From Atribacterota bacterium (GTDB lineage Bacteria > Atribacterota > Phoenicimicrobiia > Phoenicimicrobiales > Stramentimicrobiaceae): a DNA stretch of 20,141 nt. The translations under genes and the position numbers were made by a program. Where the stretch lies: the NCBI GenBank assembly GCA_040767965.1, contig JAXGNR010000018.1, positions 1 through 20,141 of the forward strand, given 5' to 3'. The notes beneath the pieces are model-generated. The model saw only the letters and a list, made by a program, of their open reading frames with translations, was not told the DNA's origin and did no database searches. Below are positions 17,417 to 20,141 of this stretch, one piece after another; position 1 is the stretch's first letter; the number at the start of each line of letters is the position of its first letter.

Positions 17417-18387
17417 AAACATTTTTAGGGATAGATGTAGGCGCTGTAAGCACAGATCTGGTTTTGCTGGATGAAAACAATAATGTTCTTAGTGATGTTT
17501 ATTTGCGGACACAAGGACAACCAATAAAGATGATTAAAAAAGGGTTGGCGATGATAAAAGAAGAGAACAAAGGAATATCACTGGAAGTTCTGGGAGTCGG
17601 AGCCACCGGTAGTGGCAGGGTTCTGGCTGGTGCCATGGTTGGAGCAGATGTGGTAAAAAATGAAATAACTGCCCATGCAGTTGCCGCTTTATATTTAAAT
17701 CCGGAAGTCAGGACGATCTTCGAGATTGGTGGACAGGATTCAAAAATTATTATTCTGCAAAATGGAGTTGTGGTAGATTTTGCCATGAACACAATTTGTG
17801 CGGCAGGGACCGGATCGTTTTTAGATCACCAGGCATTTCGATTGGGGATACCTATAGAAGATTTTGGTGACTATGCCTTAAGAGCTGAAAATTCAGTCCG
17901 GATTGCCGGAAGATGCACAGTTTTTGCTGAATCAGATATGATTCACAAACAGCAAATGGGATATAAGGAAGAAGACATAATTGCCGGACTGTGTGAAGCG
18001 ATGGTTCGTAATTATCTTAATAATGTTGGGAAAGGGAAAAAAATTGCCCCGCCTATCTTTTTCCAGGGTGGAGTAGCGGCTAACTCTGGAATTAGAAGAA
18101 GTTTTGAAAAAGAGACCGGTCATGAGATTATTGTTCCTGAATATTATCGGGTTATGGGAGCAATCGGAGCAGCTCTTTTGGCGAAAGAAGAAATAGAACA
18201 AAATCCACATCAATCTGCCTTCTTTGGTTTTCAGCTTTTGGAAAGAGATTATCAAACAAGCGGGTTCGAATGCGATGGCTGCCCTAATCACTGTGAAGTG
18301 ATTGAGATCATGGTGGATGGGGAATTGATTGCCCGCTGGGGTGATCGTTGCGGCAAGTGGTCTTTAGGGTATCAGGCGATAAGATAA
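17413..18387 (+). CDS. CoA-substrate-specific enzyme activase (HgdC/BadF/BcrA-D family ASKHA ATPase, Fe-S)
   Basis: Motifs GIDVG..ST, TGSGR, EITAH, EIGGQDSK, MN..CAAGTGSFL, RCTVFAESD, QGGVAAN and GAIGAAL, with a C-terminal CxxCxxxC...GDRC extension. Confidence 0.92.
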   Translation: MKTFLGIDVGAVSTDLVLLDENNNVLSDVYLRTQGQPIKMIKKGLAMIKEENKGISLEVLGVGATGSGRVLAGAMVGADVVKNEITAHAVAALYLNPEVRTIFEIGGQDSKIIILQNGVVVDFAMNTICAAGTGSFLDHQAFRLGIPIEDFGDYALRAENSVRIAGRCTVFAESDMIHKQQMGYKEEDIIAGLCEAMVRNYLNNVGKGKKIAPPIFFQGGVAANSGIRRSFEKETGHEIIVPEYYRVMGAIGAALLAKEEIEQNPHQSAFFGFQLLERDYQTSGFECDGCPNHCEVIEIMVDGELIARWGDRCGKWSLGYQAIR

Positions 18388-18497
18388 TCAGACTGTATTT
18401 TTTTCACATGGCATACTGTTTTGTCTTTGTGAGCAGGCTTTATAGCTTGAGTGACAATCTCATAAACTTATACCCACGGTATTTATTGATTTAATGA

Positions 18498-18525
18498 TTG
18501 ACAGATTTAGTAATTGAGCTATTAT
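18498..18525 (+). promoter_or_regulatory. Putative sigma70 promoter
   Basis: TTGACA (18498-18503), 16-nt spacer, TATTAT (18520-18525), about 380 nt upstream of the next start codon. Confidence 0.5.
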
Positions 18526-18601
18526 ATTTGATTTAAACGAATGAATTTATATTTTGTATTCACCACCTGCTGGATACCAGCTACTGTATTTTGGCATTTC
18601 T

Positions 18602-18642
18602 AACTAATGAACCAAGGAACAAACGAAACCAATGAACTAATA
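18602..18642. repeat. Degenerate 8-bp tandem repeat (5 units)
   Basis: Units AACTAATG, AACCAAGG, AACAAACG, (A)AACCAATG and AACTAATA. Confidence 0.65.
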
Positions 18643-18904
18643 GAATAGAACCACCAGCCGGATTATGGCTATCCTATTTTGAATAAATTATTTCTTGTTT
18701 TTTAAAAAAAGAGTATAATAAAAAATAATGATTTTCTTCTAGAATGCATTTTTATTTCCTCAAAACACGATCCAATAAACAACAATTTTTTGAAAAAATA
18801 AGGAGAGAGGTGTAGGGCAACAATTAACTGAATTTAAATATTCGATATTTTTTAAAATAGAATACTTTTAAGGTATTTTAAAGGGAATTAGAGGTATAAA
18901 TAGA

Positions 18905-19882
18905 ATGAAAAGAAATCAATTATTTCTGTTTCTCTTTTTCTTTATCACTTTTATTTTTACATTCAATAATATTATCATAGCAGGCACTCCTAATCTCTCA
19001 GCCTTTTTCAATTCCAATGGCGATTTAATTAATAACTGGTATTGGCTTCGGGATTCTTCTCTTCAGCACTACGCTCAATATATTTTTGAAAAGATACCAT
19101 CTGGTGATTACGATTTAGCTCTTGATATCACCGCACTGGCTACTGATCGCACAAACGGGAACAAAGGATTCCCGGCTGAGTTTTACCTGATTTATGAAAC
19201 CTTGGGACATAATGCCCTGGTAAGGCAAAAAGTCACTTTACCTAATGTTTCAGCATCAAATGATCCTGTTGGCTATACTTGTCATGGTCAGATTGTCATT
19301 CCAGGGGAAATGATACAGGATTCCACGGTTTTATTTGTTCGAATAGAGCGGATTTCACCTGAGAATAATCATATTGCCTTTAATGACGAAAGCATTGCAT
19401 TGATGAGAGCTTCAGAAGCAGAAGATCAAATTATTGTACAGGAGGAATATTCAGCAGATAAGTTTAATTCCAATGGCTCCCTGATTAACAGTTGGTACTG
19501 GCTTCGCGATCCAACTTTGAACCATTTTGCCGAATGGACATTTGAAAATATTCCTTCAGGAGATACAGATTTACTTCTAAATGTTACTGTTTTGGCAACT
19601 GATGGTCTAAATGGGGGTCGAGGATTTGATGCACGCTTTTTACTTATTTATGGATTTCCGGGAACTGATAGAATGGGAGGAGTCTTTAAAACGAAAGAAA
19701 TATATTTACCCAATATTTCTCCTGCTAGTGACCCGGTAGGCTATACGTGCCAGGGAATCGTTACGATTCCCAGAGATTTTATTGCTGGGGCTACAACCTT
19801 TTTCTTTCGGGTAGAACGTCTTTATCCTAACGATAATCACATAGCCTTCAATCAGGATAGTATCGTTCTGTTGACTGAGTAA
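18905..19882 (+). CDS. Hypothetical secreted protein with two tandem ~135-aa repeats
   Basis: Signal-peptide-like N-terminus (MKR plus a Phe-rich hydrophobic core ending IIA-G). Repeats start at residues 35 and 187 and share FNSNG.LIN.WYWLRD, IPSGD.DL, LATD..NG..GF, LPN.S...DPVGYTC.G and NHIAFN..SI. RBS AGAGGT. Confidence 0.85.
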   Translation: MKRNQLFLFLFFFITFIFTFNNIIIAGTPNLSAFFNSNGDLINNWYWLRDSSLQHYAQYIFEKIPSGDYDLALDITALATDRTNGNKGFPAEFYLIYETLGHNALVRQKVTLPNVSASNDPVGYTCHGQIVIPGEMIQDSTVLFVRIERISPENNHIAFNDESIALMRASEAEDQIIVQEEYSADKFNSNGSLINSWYWLRDPTLNHFAEWTFENIPSGDTDLLLNVTVLATDGLNGGRGFDARFLLIYGFPGTDRMGGVFKTKEIYLPNISPASDPVGYTCQGIVTIPRDFIAGATTFFFRVERLYPNDNHIAFNQDSIVLLTE

Positions 19883-20055
19883 TTAGAGTATTTTAACTTG
19901 AACTCTGATATAAAAGTACACGATAAATTTTTTAAGCAGGGTAAAATGGGAATTATTTTACAGATGAATTAATAAGATACAAATAGTTAGAAAGGTTTTA
20001 AAATCAGATGAAAAAGATTGTTTTTATTGCCTTACTATAATGATGCTATAATGAT

Positions 20056-20118
20056 GGGGGTCAGGGCTAAAAAATTGAAAAAAGAATTAGAAAATTCAAA
20101 AGTTGTGAACTGACCCCC
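20056..20118. repeat. GC-rich inverted repeat (REP-like palindromic element)
   Basis: GGGGGTCAG (20056-20064) pairs with CTGACCCCC (20110-20118), with an inner TTGAA/TTCAA pair, in otherwise very AT-rich DNA. Confidence 0.55.
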
Positions 20119-20141
20119 CAAAAAAAAAAAAAAAAAGATAA

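Noticed and set aside
17499-18291. Antisense ORFs 17499-17792 and 17932-18291
   Set aside because: They are shadows of the activase gene.
18561-18681. CRISPR mini-array
   Set aside because: There are only two divergent units, the spacer is itself a tandem repeat, and no cas genes are present.
18800-18900. Lysine-riboswitch-like start (AGAGGTG...AAAGGG)
   Set aside because: The downstream GCCGAA element and the paired helices are missing, and the downstream gene is unrelated.
20120-20136. Poly-A tract as a retro-element tail
   Set aside because: No reverse transcriptase is nearby, and the tract sits at the window end where homopolymer artefacts are likely.

Overview
AT-rich bacterial window, probably from an anaerobe (an Atribacterota- or Firmicutes-like origin is only an inference from gene content). 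From left to right it holds: (1) the end of a tripartite tricarboxylate transporter operon (partial tctC, tctB, a tctA broken by at least 4 frameshifts) with an Ldh_2-family dehydrogenase, an HpcH/HpaI aldolase and a perfect 44-bp palindromic terminator; (2) a complete 1630-bp IS4-superfamily element (4537-6166, 17-bp imperfect IRs, 9-bp TTATATTAA target duplication) whose 314-nt transposase leader has alternating anti-SD/SD-like boxes; (3) an MBL-fold hydrolase and a CoA-disulfide reductase, with a convergent pcm; (4) an FNR-like oxidoreductase, a SAM methyltransferase, lipB and lipA; (5) psuK-psuG; (6) a sigma-70 factor apparently split into separate region-2 and region-4 genes; (7) a divergent three-gene activase/reductase operon with the domain set of the plasmalogen synthase/glycerol-ester reductase (PlsA/PlsR, Ger) family; (8) an unrecognised secreted protein with two tandem ~135-aa repeats; (9) a REP-like inverted repeat at the window end. 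I found no rRNA, tRNA or CRISPR array. The best leads are the split sigma pair, the three-gene PlsA-like operon, the IS leader switch and the tandem WYWLRD domain.
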